From Candidatus Peribacter riflensis (GTDB lineage: Bacteria > Patescibacteriota > Gracilibacteria > Peribacterales > Peribacteraceae): a stretch of 32,000 nt of DNA. The stretch lies in assembly GCA_001430755.1 (NCBI GenBank), contig CP013062.1, forward strand, positions 300,001-332,000. Reading direction: 5' to 3'. How positions within the stretch are numbered: the stretch's first letter is position 1; each line of letters opens with the position of its first letter. A program made the position numbers and the translations under genes. Positions 1 to 7,614 of this stretch are shown here, one piece after another. The notes under the pieces are model-generated. The model was not told the origin of the DNA. It was given only the letters and a program-made list of their open reading frames with translations, and did not search any database.

Positions 1-240
1 ATTCCGGCCTTTGGTCGCGCGCTCAAAAACCCTTTCTTTAGCGGCGAAGGTCCTTTCTATCACATGCTGGTCGTCGTCGGATACGCAGGAGACGGCTTCA
101 TTACCAACGACCCCGGCACAAAACGGGGGGAGAAATACTGGTATCAGACGGAGGTACTCATGAACGCTCTGCATGACTGGATCGGCGTCAAAGAACTGAT
201 CGCCACCGGCCCGAAGAATGCGCTCGTCATCGAACTGTGA
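1..240 (+). CDS. C-terminal fragment of a C39-like (papain-fold) peptidase domain protein; 5' end lies outside the window
   Basis: Frame 1 is open from the window edge to TGA at 238-240. The translation ...GPFYHMLVVVGYAGDGFITNDPGTKRGEKYWYQ... resembles the catalytic-His block (H-x-hydrophobic-x-GY ... NDP) of Peptidase_C39_2-type domains. Confidence 0.5.
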   Translation: MPAFGRALKNPFFSGEGPFYHMLVVVGYAGDGFITNDPGTKRGEKYWYQTEVLMNALHDWIGVKELIATGPKNALVIEL

Positions 241-298
241 TCGTGTTATCAGAACGCAGCGTAGCCCCTTGAGTATTGGCAAACGAAGAGCCTGTCGT

Positions 299-670
299 TT
301 ACACGAGGTATTTCTCCGCAATATTCCAGATCTGATCATCATCCATGTCACTTTTGATGAGGTATTCATTCACATCAAAATCATTGCATTTGATGATATT
401 TTTCTTGTCACTCAGATTGGTGCAGACGACGACGGGAAATTTCAACTTCTTCTTTTTCCTGTGCTGCAGGACGGCGAACCCGTCGACATTCGGCATCAGC
501 AGATCCAAGAGGAGAAGATCGGGAGGATCCTGATCGATACTGTCGATTGCCTCCTGTCCGTCACGTGCAGTGCTCACACGAACGCCGTGCTTGGCGAGCA
601 GGCTGCGGATCATGCTCAGGAGGAATGCTTCATCCTCGGCAACGAGGACGTGTTTCTGTGGCTTGTCCAT
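299..670 (-). CDS. Single-domain CheY-like response regulator (receiver only)
   Basis: From the internal Met (cat at 668-670): MDKPQKHVLVAEDEAF...PDLLLLDLLMPNVDG...VVVCTNLS...YLIKS. The acidic pair, phospho-acceptor Asp, T/S and Lys positions are all present. The longer track ORF (to 769) adds an implausible N-terminus. Confidence 0.8.
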   Translation of the reverse strand: MDKPQKHVLVAEDEAFLLSMIRSLLAKHGVRVSTARDGQEAIDSIDQDPPDLLLLDLLMPNVDGFAVLQHRKKKKLKFPVVVCTNLSDKKNIIKCNDFDVNEYLIKSDMDDDQIWNIAEKYLV

Positions 671-728
671 AGGTGGGAGGAGAAAAGAAAAAAATGGAAA
701 GCGAGTCTGCTGTCTGTCGGTCGGTTCT

Positions 729-1091
729 CTAGCGCAGGTATCCTTCGATCGCGGGCCAGAGATCATCATCGTCCAGATCGTTCTTCACGAAGTAATTCTG
801 CGCCTGCATTTCCTTACACTTGTCCCGCGTTTCCTTGTCGCTGAGATTGGAGAGCACGATGACGGGGCACTCCAAGCTCTTTTCCCTGATGAACCTCATG
901 ACGCCGTGACCATCCAGCACCGGCATGAGGATATCGAGGAGAAGCAAATCCGGCACTTCCTTCTCCAGAGCCTCAACCGCCTCCTTCCCGTTATAGGTGA
1001 TCGTGACACGTATGTTGTATTTGCTCAGAACTTTTGCCATCAAATCGGCGAGAGCAGTGTCGTCTTCGGCGATGAGAACGTGTTTGCTCAT
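729..1091 (-). CDS. Single-domain CheY-like response regulator (receiver only)
   Basis: MSKHVLIAEDD...PDLLLLDILMPVLDG...VIVLSNLS...YFVKN. A complete receiver signature with no output domain. It lies 6 nt downstream of the kinase gene. Confidence 0.85.
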   Translation of the reverse strand: MSKHVLIAEDDTALADLMAKVLSKYNIRVTITYNGKEAVEALEKEVPDLLLLDILMPVLDGHGVMRFIREKSLECPVIVLSNLSDKETRDKCKEMQAQNYFVKNDLDDDDLWPAIEGYLR

Positions 1092-1097
1092 AAAAAA

Positions 1098-2444
1098 TCA
1101 GGAAGGAAATAAAAGAGTGAACGTGGTGCCCTTGTTCTCCTGTGAGACAAAAGAGATCGTCCCGCCGATCAGACGTACGATGTTATAGACCATATACAAG
1201 CCGATGCCGGTGCCGGCTTCCACCGGGCTGGCAACATTCGATGCACGAAAGAATTTCTCCGGGATTCTCTTTTGCTCCTCCTGCGGAATACCGTAACCCG
1301 TATCCGCCACATCGATACGGATCGACTCTTTTTCTTTGGTAACACTCATGCGCACCTTCCCGCCTCTGGGCGTATACTTGAGGGCATTGCTGAGGAGGTT
1401 ATCCAGAATTTCGATGAGCAGCTGCTTATCCGTTCGTACCATGAGATCCTGCGGACACTGAAGGGCGAGTTCCAGCCCGTTCCTCTGCCGGTGGGCATCA
1501 TGCAGACGGGAGATCTTTTCCAGCTCCCTCTGCAAGACCACCTGTTCAAGTTCCGGTTCCATGCCGTCCTCTTCAAGATGGGAGATCATCAGCATGCGCC
1601 GGATGGTCGAGGCCATGTTCATGGACGTTTCGTGTGCGGTTTTCACCAGCTTCGCCTGATCTTCGGTGAGATTTTCCCGCTTCAGACTTGAGAGGACCCA
1701 TCGGATCGCCGTGAGAGGCGTCCTCAACTGATGGGATGCGATGGACATGAATTCCGATCTGGCTTTTTCGATTTCCTTTTCTTTGGTGATATCTCGAAAC
1801 ACCTTTACGGCGCCGATCAGATCTTTGCCGATGAAGATGGGCGCAACCGTTAGGGCAACCGGAAAAGACGTTCCATCTTTCCGCTTGTAGTACATCGTTG
1901 TGGTTGTGGTTGTGGTGGAACGATCCTTCAGGGTCTTGGTGATCAGGCGTTCCAATGCCGGAATGGTTTTGCCGGTCGAGTCCGACATCGGTATGACCTT
2001 GGAGAGCAACTTTCCCTGTGTCTCTCCCTCTTTCCAGCCCAATAATCTCTCACATGCCTTGTTCACGAGAAGAATCCGTCCGTTTTTATCCGTTGCCACC
2101 AGGCCTTCACCGATACTTGCCAGGATCGCCTCGTCTTTCGCTCTGACCTTTTCTAAGTCTTTGGTGCGCTCAAGAACTTTCTTCTCAAGCGTTTTTCGAG
2201 ATATCCTGAGTGCGTCCGCCGTTATAACCAGCTTGCGCCTGACCACCTCTTTTTCCTTGGCGGTTGCGGCGAGTTGCCTGGCTTTGAGACGCAGTTTCTT
2301 CGCCGTCACCACCAGCTTGCGCCTGACGACCTCTTTTTCCCTGGCGGTCACCACCAGCTTGCGCCTGACGACCTCTTTTTCCTTGGCCAAAAACTTGAGT
2401 TTGAGGGCTATGCCATTGGATGCGGAATGAATAGTTTTTCTCAT
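1098..2444 (-). CDS. Soluble sensor histidine kinase (repeat-rich coiled-coil N-terminus, PAS, HisKA, HATPase_c)
   Basis: H-box SIASHQLRTPLTAI; N/G boxes LSNALKYTP, DTGYGIP, GTGIGL; PAS-like block ILASIGEGLVATDKNGRILLVNKACERLLGW...FRDIT. No hydrophobic transmembrane segment is visible. Confidence 0.9.
   Translation of the reverse strand: MRKTIHSASNGIALKLKFLAKEKEVVRRKLVVTAREKEVVRRKLVVTAKKLRLKARQLAATAKEKEVVRRKLVITADALRISRKTLEKKVLERTKDLEKVRAKDEAILASIGEGLVATDKNGRILLVNKACERLLGWKEGETQGKLLSKVIPMSDSTGKTIPALERLITKTLKDRSTTTTTTTMYYKRKDGTSFPVALTVAPIFIGKDLIGAVKVFRDITKEKEIEKARSEFMSIASHQLRTPLTAIRWVLSSLKRENLTEDQAKLVKTAHETSMNMASTIRRMLMISHLEEDGMEPELEQVVLQRELEKISRLHDAHRQRNGLELALQCPQDLMVRTDKQLLIEILDNLLSNALKYTPRGGKVRMSVTKEKESIRIDVADTGYGIPQEEQKRIPEKFFRASNVASPVEAGTGIGLYMVYNIVRLIGGTISFVSQENKGTTFTLLFPS
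2221..2388 (-). repeat. 42-bp in-frame direct repeats inside the kinase gene (14-aa unit EKEVVRRKLVVTAx)
   Basis: gtcaccaccagcttgcgcctgacgacctctttttcc(c/t)tggc(g/c) occurs at 2305-2346 and 2347-2388 in tandem. A diverged third copy is at 2221-2262. Confidence 0.85.
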
Positions 2445-2505
2445 AAGTGTTCAGGACCGATGGAGAGGGTTATTTGCATGAGTGTGAATGGTCAATGTAC
2501 ACGTT

Positions 2506-2514
2506 TTTGTAGCA
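2506..2514 (-). promoter_or_regulatory. Candidate extended -10 (TGCTACAAA on the minus strand) for the kinase/regulator operon
   Basis: The reverse complement of tttgtagca reads TGcTACAAA, about 60 nt upstream of ATG 2444. It shares the TGCTAnAA core seen upstream of several other genes here. Confidence 0.25.
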
Positions 2515-2533
2515 TGTGACCAACTCTTCATCT

Positions 2534-2914
2534 TCAGGACGGTCTTGCCCCTTCAATAGTGCGCAACTTCCCTTCGAGAGCGGTAATCTTGGTCTGCAGT
2601 TGCTCCTTGGCCACCTCCCGATGCCTGATCTCTGCGATGTAATCATCCCGGATTCCTTTTGACAAATCGACCAGCTCTTCACCCTCGCGCCGCAATGCTT
2701 CCTGAAACTTACGCTCCTTCTCGGCATTCGCTCCCATTTGCTGTGCCTTCTCCCTCTCCAGTGTCGCCAGATTGCTCGTCTCGGTGCGCTTTTCGGCGTC
2801 CCGACGATCCTTTTTCGTTTTCATGCCCGTTACCCTATTCCGGTTGAGGCGTTCTTCGTCTCCGACGATCTTGGTGATGCGTTCCTGCAGTGGCTGGATG
2901 GTATCTTCGCTCAT
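2534..2914 (-). CDS. Hypothetical charged coiled-coil protein
   Basis: 126-aa ORF rich in E/K/R heptad-like sequence. Its ATG overlaps the stop of the upstream gene (2911-2914). I recognise no family. Confidence 0.55.
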   Translation of the reverse strand: MSEDTIQPLQERITKIVGDEERLNRNRVTGMKTKKDRRDAEKRTETSNLATLEREKAQQMGANAEKERKFQEALRREGEELVDLSKGIRDDYIAEIRHREVAKEQLQTKITALEGKLRTIEGARPS

Positions 2915-3192
2915 GTTTTGGAGAGGGAAGGAATGATCTTTGCCTCACCTTCCATGTGGGCGAGGCGCGTGTAGTAATCAGGGATCTCGCGCAGGTGGGC
3001 AAGAGCGATTTTGCCCGTCATGAGGGCATCATCGTTGGTCACGTTCGTCTGCACATCACGCTTGCCGTGCTCAAGCTCGATGTCCATTCCCATACGGAAT
3101 TGCTCGAGATCGAAATGGACATCGCTCCAGAAGATATCCAGTTTCAGAGCGGTATCCTGTGCCTGTTCTGTAGTGAAGTGCTGTGCGGTCAT
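2911..3192 (-). CDS. Small conserved protein, DUF5661-like
   Basis: From the Met at 3190-3192: MTAQHFTTEQAQDTALKLDIFWSDVHFDLEQFRMGMDIELEHGKRDVQTNVTNDDALMTGKIALAHLREIPDYYTRLAHME. The ELEHG...TNVTNDD...KIALAHL.E.PDYYTRL pattern matches my recollection of that family. Confidence 0.55.
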   Translation of the reverse strand: MTAQHFTTEQAQDTALKLDIFWSDVHFDLEQFRMGMDIELEHGKRDVQTNVTNDDALMTGKIALAHLREIPDYYTRLAHMEGEAKIIPSLSKT

Positions 3193-3233
3193 AGGATGGG
3201 TGGGTGAAGACAAGGATAGGATTGAAAGAGGCC

Positions 3234-3476
3234 TCACGCGTGTTTCAGCGTGCGCAGCGCGGCGATGAGTACGATGGCTCCGATGACCGCCATCACGATG
3301 GCACCGAGAGTCCCGTACGCGGTGATGCCGAGCAAGCGAAAGAGGAGACCGCCGATGAGTGAGCCGACAATGCCGACGACGATGTCACCGATGATGCCGT
3401 ATCCGCCACCGCCCATGATTTGCCCGGCGAGCCAGCCGGCGATGAGGCCGATGAGGAGAAACCAGATAATATCCAT
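3234..3476 (-). CDS. GlsB/YeaQ/YmgE-family small membrane protein (transglycosylase-associated)
   Basis: 80 aa, glycine-zipper-rich: FLLIGLIAGWLAGQIMGGGGYGIIGDIVVGIVGSLIGGLLF. This is typical of the family. Confidence 0.8.
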   Translation of the reverse strand: MDIIWFLLIGLIAGWLAGQIMGGGGYGIIGDIVVGIVGSLIGGLLFRLLGITAYGTLGAIVMAVIGAIVLIAALRTLKHA

Positions 3477-3505
3477 AGTGAATGGGGGGAAGAACTGAAA
3501 AGTGA

Positions 3506-4207
3506 TTAACGGAGATTGCTGATGGTCGCGCTCGTTTTATTCCTCTCGCTCACTTTTAGGCGATACACGATTTCCGCCATTTCTCCGCGGGTCATCGTTT
3601 GATCAAAACGCGTGATACTGACGGGGATGGCACGCAGATCGGAGAGACGCTGCACGTAGGGGCGATACCAGAATTCTCCGGTGTCCTTTGCTTCGATACT
3701 CAGACTGAAGACATTGCAGATGATCTTGGCTGCCTCTACGAAGTTGATGGAATTTGCGGGGCCGTATGTGCCGTTCGGATAGCCATCGATGATGGCATTC
3801 ATTTTGGCGAAACAGACATCTGTGGCGTACCAGGAATCTCTGGCAACATCAGAGAAGAAAACGGTGTTTACGCCTGTCGGGACATTTGCTCTGAGACAGT
3901 CGCTCATGTTGTTCGTATCCACAATGAAGGGATTGACAACAAAGTGCACAAATTCCGCTCGATTGATGCGCGTCGCAGGCCTGAACGTTCCATCCAGGTA
4001 TCCCTTGAGCACATTCTGCGTGCGGAGATATTCAATGCTTTGATAGTACGTACTGTTGACGGGGACATCGGTGAATGGATTTTCCGAAAACGCCGTATCC
4101 TGCTGTGCAAGTGCAGTGCCGCCAAAGAACAGGAAGCCGATGAGGAGAAACCAGGTGAGTACCATGGAATGATGGGTGAAGGGGAAAATAAACAGTGATG
4201 AGCGCAT
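3506..4207 (-). CDS. Secreted protein with three S-layer homology (SLH) domains
   Basis: Three SLH-like blocks: FTDVPVNSTYYQSIEYL...RPATRINRAEFV; FSDVARDSWYATDV...GPANSINFVEAAKI; ...WYRPYVQRL...MTRGEMAEIVYRL. The N-terminus is hydrophobic. The start is uncertain (4207 or 4165). Confidence 0.75.
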   Translation of the reverse strand: MRSSLFIFPFTHHSMVLTWFLLIGFLFFGGTALAQQDTAFSENPFTDVPVNSTYYQSIEYLRTQNVLKGYLDGTFRPATRINRAEFVHFVVNPFIVDTNNMSDCLRANVPTGVNTVFFSDVARDSWYATDVCFAKMNAIIDGYPNGTYGPANSINFVEAAKIICNVFSLSIEAKDTGEFWYRPYVQRLSDLRAIPVSITRFDQTMTRGEMAEIVYRLKVSERNKTSATISNLR

Positions 4208-4256
4208 TCTCTGACACCCCCGCCAAGAGCGGGGGCAGCAAAGAACATGCAATGTT

Positions 4257-4820
4257 CTAAAGAGCTCTCAGCAGGTTCAGCGCGTTTCGCTCTTCGACTG
4301 CGACAATGATTGAACGACGGGTGGGTGCGCTTCCAACATAGGAGCGGGAATACCCATTGCTTGCAAAGGCTACGGTTGCCGCATCGATGAATGTCGCTGC
4401 ACTGGTATTGACAGTAATCTTTGGGAAGTCTGGGGAGTAGATCGTCTGATCCATGGTGGACCGGGCGGGATGCGTTGAGGAATTGAATCGCGCGAGATCG
4501 ACCGGATTGAAAAATAGTTGCCGTTCCAACATCCTCAAGTTAGAAACGAGGAGACGATGCGCATTCTTGTATTCCGGAGAGCCGATCTCCAGAGTGTCGA
4601 TGAGATGCATCTGCAGATTCGCCGCCCGGACCTCCTGCATGAGTGTCGGATAGAGCGGTGAGGGGATAGCGGGAGCATCCATAAATATCGCCTTTGGTTG
4701 CTCCAGAAAACCGTCTTCCGGCTGCACCGCCGTGTTGGTTTGAGCGAGTGCCGAGGAAGTCATAGTGCCGAGAAAGAGGAGTGTGATTGGCAGGCCGATG
4801 GTGAAGATACGGTTGCTCAT
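4257..4820 (-). CDS. Secreted hypothetical protein
   Basis: The start at cat 4818-4820 gives the signal-peptide-like MSNRIFTIGLPITLLFLGTMTSSALAQ. The rest of the track ORF (to 5117) runs through the conserved non-coding element and is not credible as coding. Confidence 0.6.
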   Translation of the reverse strand: MSNRIFTIGLPITLLFLGTMTSSALAQTNTAVQPEDGFLEQPKAIFMDAPAIPSPLYPTLMQEVRAANLQMHLIDTLEIGSPEYKNAHRLLVSNLRMLERQLFFNPVDLARFNSSTHPARSTMDQTIYSPDFPKITVNTSAATFIDAATVAFASNGYSRSYVGSAPTRRSIIVAVEERNALNLLRAL

Positions 4821-5062
4821 GATGGGGAGGGGAAGGGGGGGAGGGGATGAAACGTGCCAATGACGACGGATGGGGCAGAAAGAACGAGTTACGTTCGATA
4901 CATGGTCCTTCGTACCGCGGACTGAATGGCCCGGGAGCCAGGAAGACCCGTAAAGGTGCTCTGATGAATTGCGGGAAACCACGATTGCAGAACGCCGGAG
5001 AATCGCCGGGCAGGTCGGGGGGAGGGATAGTAAGAACGTGAGATATTCATAGGAAGGTGGGG

Positions 5063-5160
5063 GAAATGAACTTTCACAATAGATGCGTGCGACTTTTGCG
5101 CAAGCGTCTGCGCACACACGAAGTCGCCGGGTTTAGGCCATCTGGGTGCTCATCTGGACC
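5063..5160 (-). repeat. Leader element E1, copy A (98 nt)
   Basis: gaaatgaactttcacaatagatgcgtgcgacttttgcgcaag...gtcgccgg...ctcatctggacc. 41 of the first 42 nt are identical to copy C. A 24-nt block (gtctgcgcacacacgaagtcgccg) and ctcatctggacc are identical to copy B. Confidence 0.9.
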
Positions 5161-5368
5161 GCAGTCGATCCTTCCTCCTTTCAGTGGTCAGCCGAGAGTG
5201 GCCATGAGTGGTCTGAACTGTTCAGTGATGTCCGTATCCTGCAATCTGAATAAAGGAAGTGACGGGAGGCACCACGTGAGGAGGACGCACGGTCTTTCTG
5301 AAGTGCGGGAGAACGGTTCTTCACTATTTTCATCGTGGCAGTGGAATGGAGAGTGTTCTGGAGCTTCC

Positions 5369-5437
5369 ATAGTCCCTTTCATGGAGAAAGGGCACATCAG
5401 ACATATCTCATCGACAAAGCATGATGATGTTTCTTAG
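5369..5437 (-). repeat. Leader element E2, copy A
   Basis: atagtCCCTTTCatggaGAAAGGGcacatcagacatatctcatcgacaaagcatgatgatgtttcttagg aligns with 10461-10528 and 11626-11694. Confidence 0.8.
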
Positions 5438-5524
5438 GGATTGATCCTCCTCTTTGAGATGTCTCCAGTCGGCAATGATTTCTTTCTGTATGCGCGAAGG
5501 TGCCGTAGGAATCATTGCATGAAC

Positions 5525-5553
5525 GAGCCGGGTCGCTGTGGGCAACCCGGCTC
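5525..5553 (-). terminator. Hairpin downstream of the SLH/CHRD gene (candidate terminator)
   Basis: GAGCCGGGT-11 nt-ACCCGGCTC, a 9-bp perfect stem about 25 nt past the stop at 5579 on the minus strand. No strong U-tract follows. Confidence 0.4.
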
Positions 5554-5578
5554 TCCGGCCAGAATGATGTTGATGTCT

Positions 5579-7462
5579 TCAGCGCAGGAGCTGGCCACGG
5601 ATTTCGCCATCCGGATGTACCGATGAATGGACGTTCACGTAGAACCCACCATCAAAGAGCGTGCTACGCTCATCATTGGTGAGATTCGACCACAAGCCGA
5701 TTGCGCGCTTTCCGTTGAACGTGATCGTCGAGACCACCGGTCCGGTCTGCCCGGCAAGTGCCTGATGAAAATGGGCGGAAGTGATGGATCCACTCATGTT
5801 TCGGACGGTGATGTCGTAGTGAAGGCCGTCGTTCATCAAGACGAGGGAACCCGTTCCGCTTGCAGTTGTCGACACGGACGGTACCTCCTGGCCTCCGGTC
5901 ATGTTCGTGTGGAAATTCACCGTGCCTGCAGCGTAGACGAAGGAAGTGTCATCCGAGAAGATGACGTCGTTTGTTGCCTGCATGCCTCGAACATCCAGAG
6001 TGTAGGATTGTTGCGCCTGGAGAGCTTCTCCGAGAGAGAGTTCGACCATGCGATTGGTGAGGATCTGCGACGAAATGATAGGCAGGGTGTGTGTGCTGTC
6101 CGTGAGGACATACCGCGAAGATTCTTCTGCCCGCAACGAATCGAGATCCACATCAAAGCTGACGTTGATGCGGTTCGCCGTGATAGGCGTCACTGTTGTG
6201 ATATATCCCGTCTGTGCCGCTGTAAGGATCACAGTGGCACTCTCAGTGAAGTCTGTACCGGTTCGCGTGAGAAGATGCGTTGCCGTCACGCGATACGTGA
6301 TATTCGCGGTGATATCCGTGGCGAGCAGCAGCTCGATCGTGCGATTGTTGAGGATCGTCACGGTTTGAATGTTGATCTCTTCAACGCCGGAGGCTCTCGA
6401 CATCGTAAAGCGAGAGGCATCGGCCGCACGGACCGTGTCGAGATCACTATCGAATGCCAGGCGGATACGACGCGTCGTAAGTGCCGTAATAGTGGTGATA
6501 CGAGCTGTGGGAGCCGTGAAGCTCAGGCTTGCGTTATCCGAGAAGATTGTGCCGTCCTGTGCAAGAAGATCGCTGGCAGTGACGAGGTACAAGACTCCTG
6601 TCGCAAGCGTATTGGAGAGGCTGAGCTCGACCGTCTTACTGTCGATCAACGATGCAGAGGCAACGGTGATGCTGTGAGAAATGGAGTAACGAGCCGCATC
6701 CTCCGCACGGGCGGCGGCGAGGGCGCGATCAAACACGAGGCGGACCCGTGTGGGAGAAACGACGGATACGTCGGTGATATGTGCCGCCTGCTGACCGCAG
6801 TCCGTTCCATACTGGAGGTTTAAGGAGGCGCGATAGAACATGGTGACCATCTCCGCACGGTTCATGAATGCTGCGGGACGGACTCTCTCTGTTCCATTAT
6901 CGCCCTGAAGAACGCAGTGGTCGGCCGATGACTGAATGTTGGTGAAGTACCATTGGTTCTGCTGATTATCCGAGAATACCGGTGCTTTTCCCGACCGGTT
7001 GAGCGAGAATGCCCGCACGAGTAGAGATGCGGCCTCCGCACGGTTCACATTGCTGGCGGCACTCGCAGTGCAGGGACGTGACTGTTGATAGCAGTTGGCG
7101 TTGCCATGGACCCAGCCTGCGTCGGCGGCTGCTTCAAAGTACGGGAAGTACCATGCGCTTCGTGGCACGTCATTGAAGCTCGGTACGGTTGGGTAGAGCA
7201 GCGTTGTGCCATTCAGATTGACCAGGAGCTTCACAAGTTCCGCGCGGGTGGCCAAAGCCGCAGGACGTAACGTTGTCGTGGGATCGAGAGCGCCGGACTC
7301 TAAGAGCGCGGCAGCAGCGTCTTCATAGTAGGCCCCTGCAGGCACGTCGACGAAGGGTGTCTTCTGCGCGAAGACGGAAAGCGGCATGCCGGAACAGAAG
7401 AGGAGAACGCCTGTGATTGTGTAGATCCGCTGTGCGCGGAAGGGAGAGGGAAGGGAGAACAT
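5579..7462 (-). CDS. Cell-surface protein: signal peptide, 3 SLH domains, 3 Ig-like repeats of about 95 aa, C-terminal CHRD domain
   Basis: SLH blocks: FVDVPAGAYYEDAA..., FNDVPRSAWYFPYF..., FSDNQQNQWYFTNI.... Three paralogous repeats: ITDVSVVSPTRVRLVFDRAL..., ITTITALTTRRIRLAFDSDL..., ITTVTPITANRINVSFDVDL.... CHRD-like C-terminus: MTGGQEVPSVSTTASGTGSL...AHFHQALAGQTGPVV...FYVNVHS..HPDGEIRGQL. Confidence 0.85.
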   Translation of the reverse strand: MFSLPSPFRAQRIYTITGVLLFCSGMPLSVFAQKTPFVDVPAGAYYEDAAAALLESGALDPTTTLRPAALATRAELVKLLVNLNGTTLLYPTVPSFNDVPRSAWYFPYFEAAADAGWVHGNANCYQQSRPCTASAASNVNRAEAASLLVRAFSLNRSGKAPVFSDNQQNQWYFTNIQSSADHCVLQGDNGTERVRPAAFMNRAEMVTMFYRASLNLQYGTDCGQQAAHITDVSVVSPTRVRLVFDRALAAARAEDAARYSISHSITVASASLIDSKTVELSLSNTLATGVLYLVTASDLLAQDGTIFSDNASLSFTAPTARITTITALTTRRIRLAFDSDLDTVRAADASRFTMSRASGVEEINIQTVTILNNRTIELLLATDITANITYRVTATHLLTRTGTDFTESATVILTAAQTGYITTVTPITANRINVSFDVDLDSLRAEESSRYVLTDSTHTLPIISSQILTNRMVELSLGEALQAQQSYTLDVRGMQATNDVIFSDDTSFVYAAGTVNFHTNMTGGQEVPSVSTTASGTGSLVLMNDGLHYDITVRNMSGSITSAHFHQALAGQTGPVVSTITFNGKRAIGLWSNLTNDERSTLFDGGFYVNVHSSVHPDGEIRGQLLR

Positions 7463-7614
7463 GGGATGGGGGGGAAAAAGAGAGAAAAGCGCAGGGCGAT
7501 GCTGGTTCCGAGAGCATCACCCTCGCGCTCCTCGGAGGTGGAAGCCGCCCTGCAGAGGAATCCTCTATGCGGGGCCTTGCATAGGAAGGGGGGAATGAAA
7601 AAGAACAAGCGGTA

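Noticed and set aside
5146-5160. The conserved CCAGAUGAG (minus-strand RNA sense) in all three E1 copies resembles the hammerhead ribozyme CUGAUGAG core.
   Set aside because: The invariant U is an A in every copy, copy C reads CCAGAUAAG, and I could not find the matching GAAA core or the stem arrangement.
5057-5437. Plus-strand ORFs that appear to encode a conserved peptide MNFHNRCVRLLRK... in two copies of the E1 element (5057-5437 and 11125-11520).
   Set aside because: The similarity simply follows the nucleotide conservation. In copy B a 5-nt length difference after the ATG puts the conserved 24-mer in a different frame (MSQWSRVIFVQVSAHTRSR...), so no peptide is conserved. The minus-strand frames through E1 are likewise inconsistent with the downstream genes.
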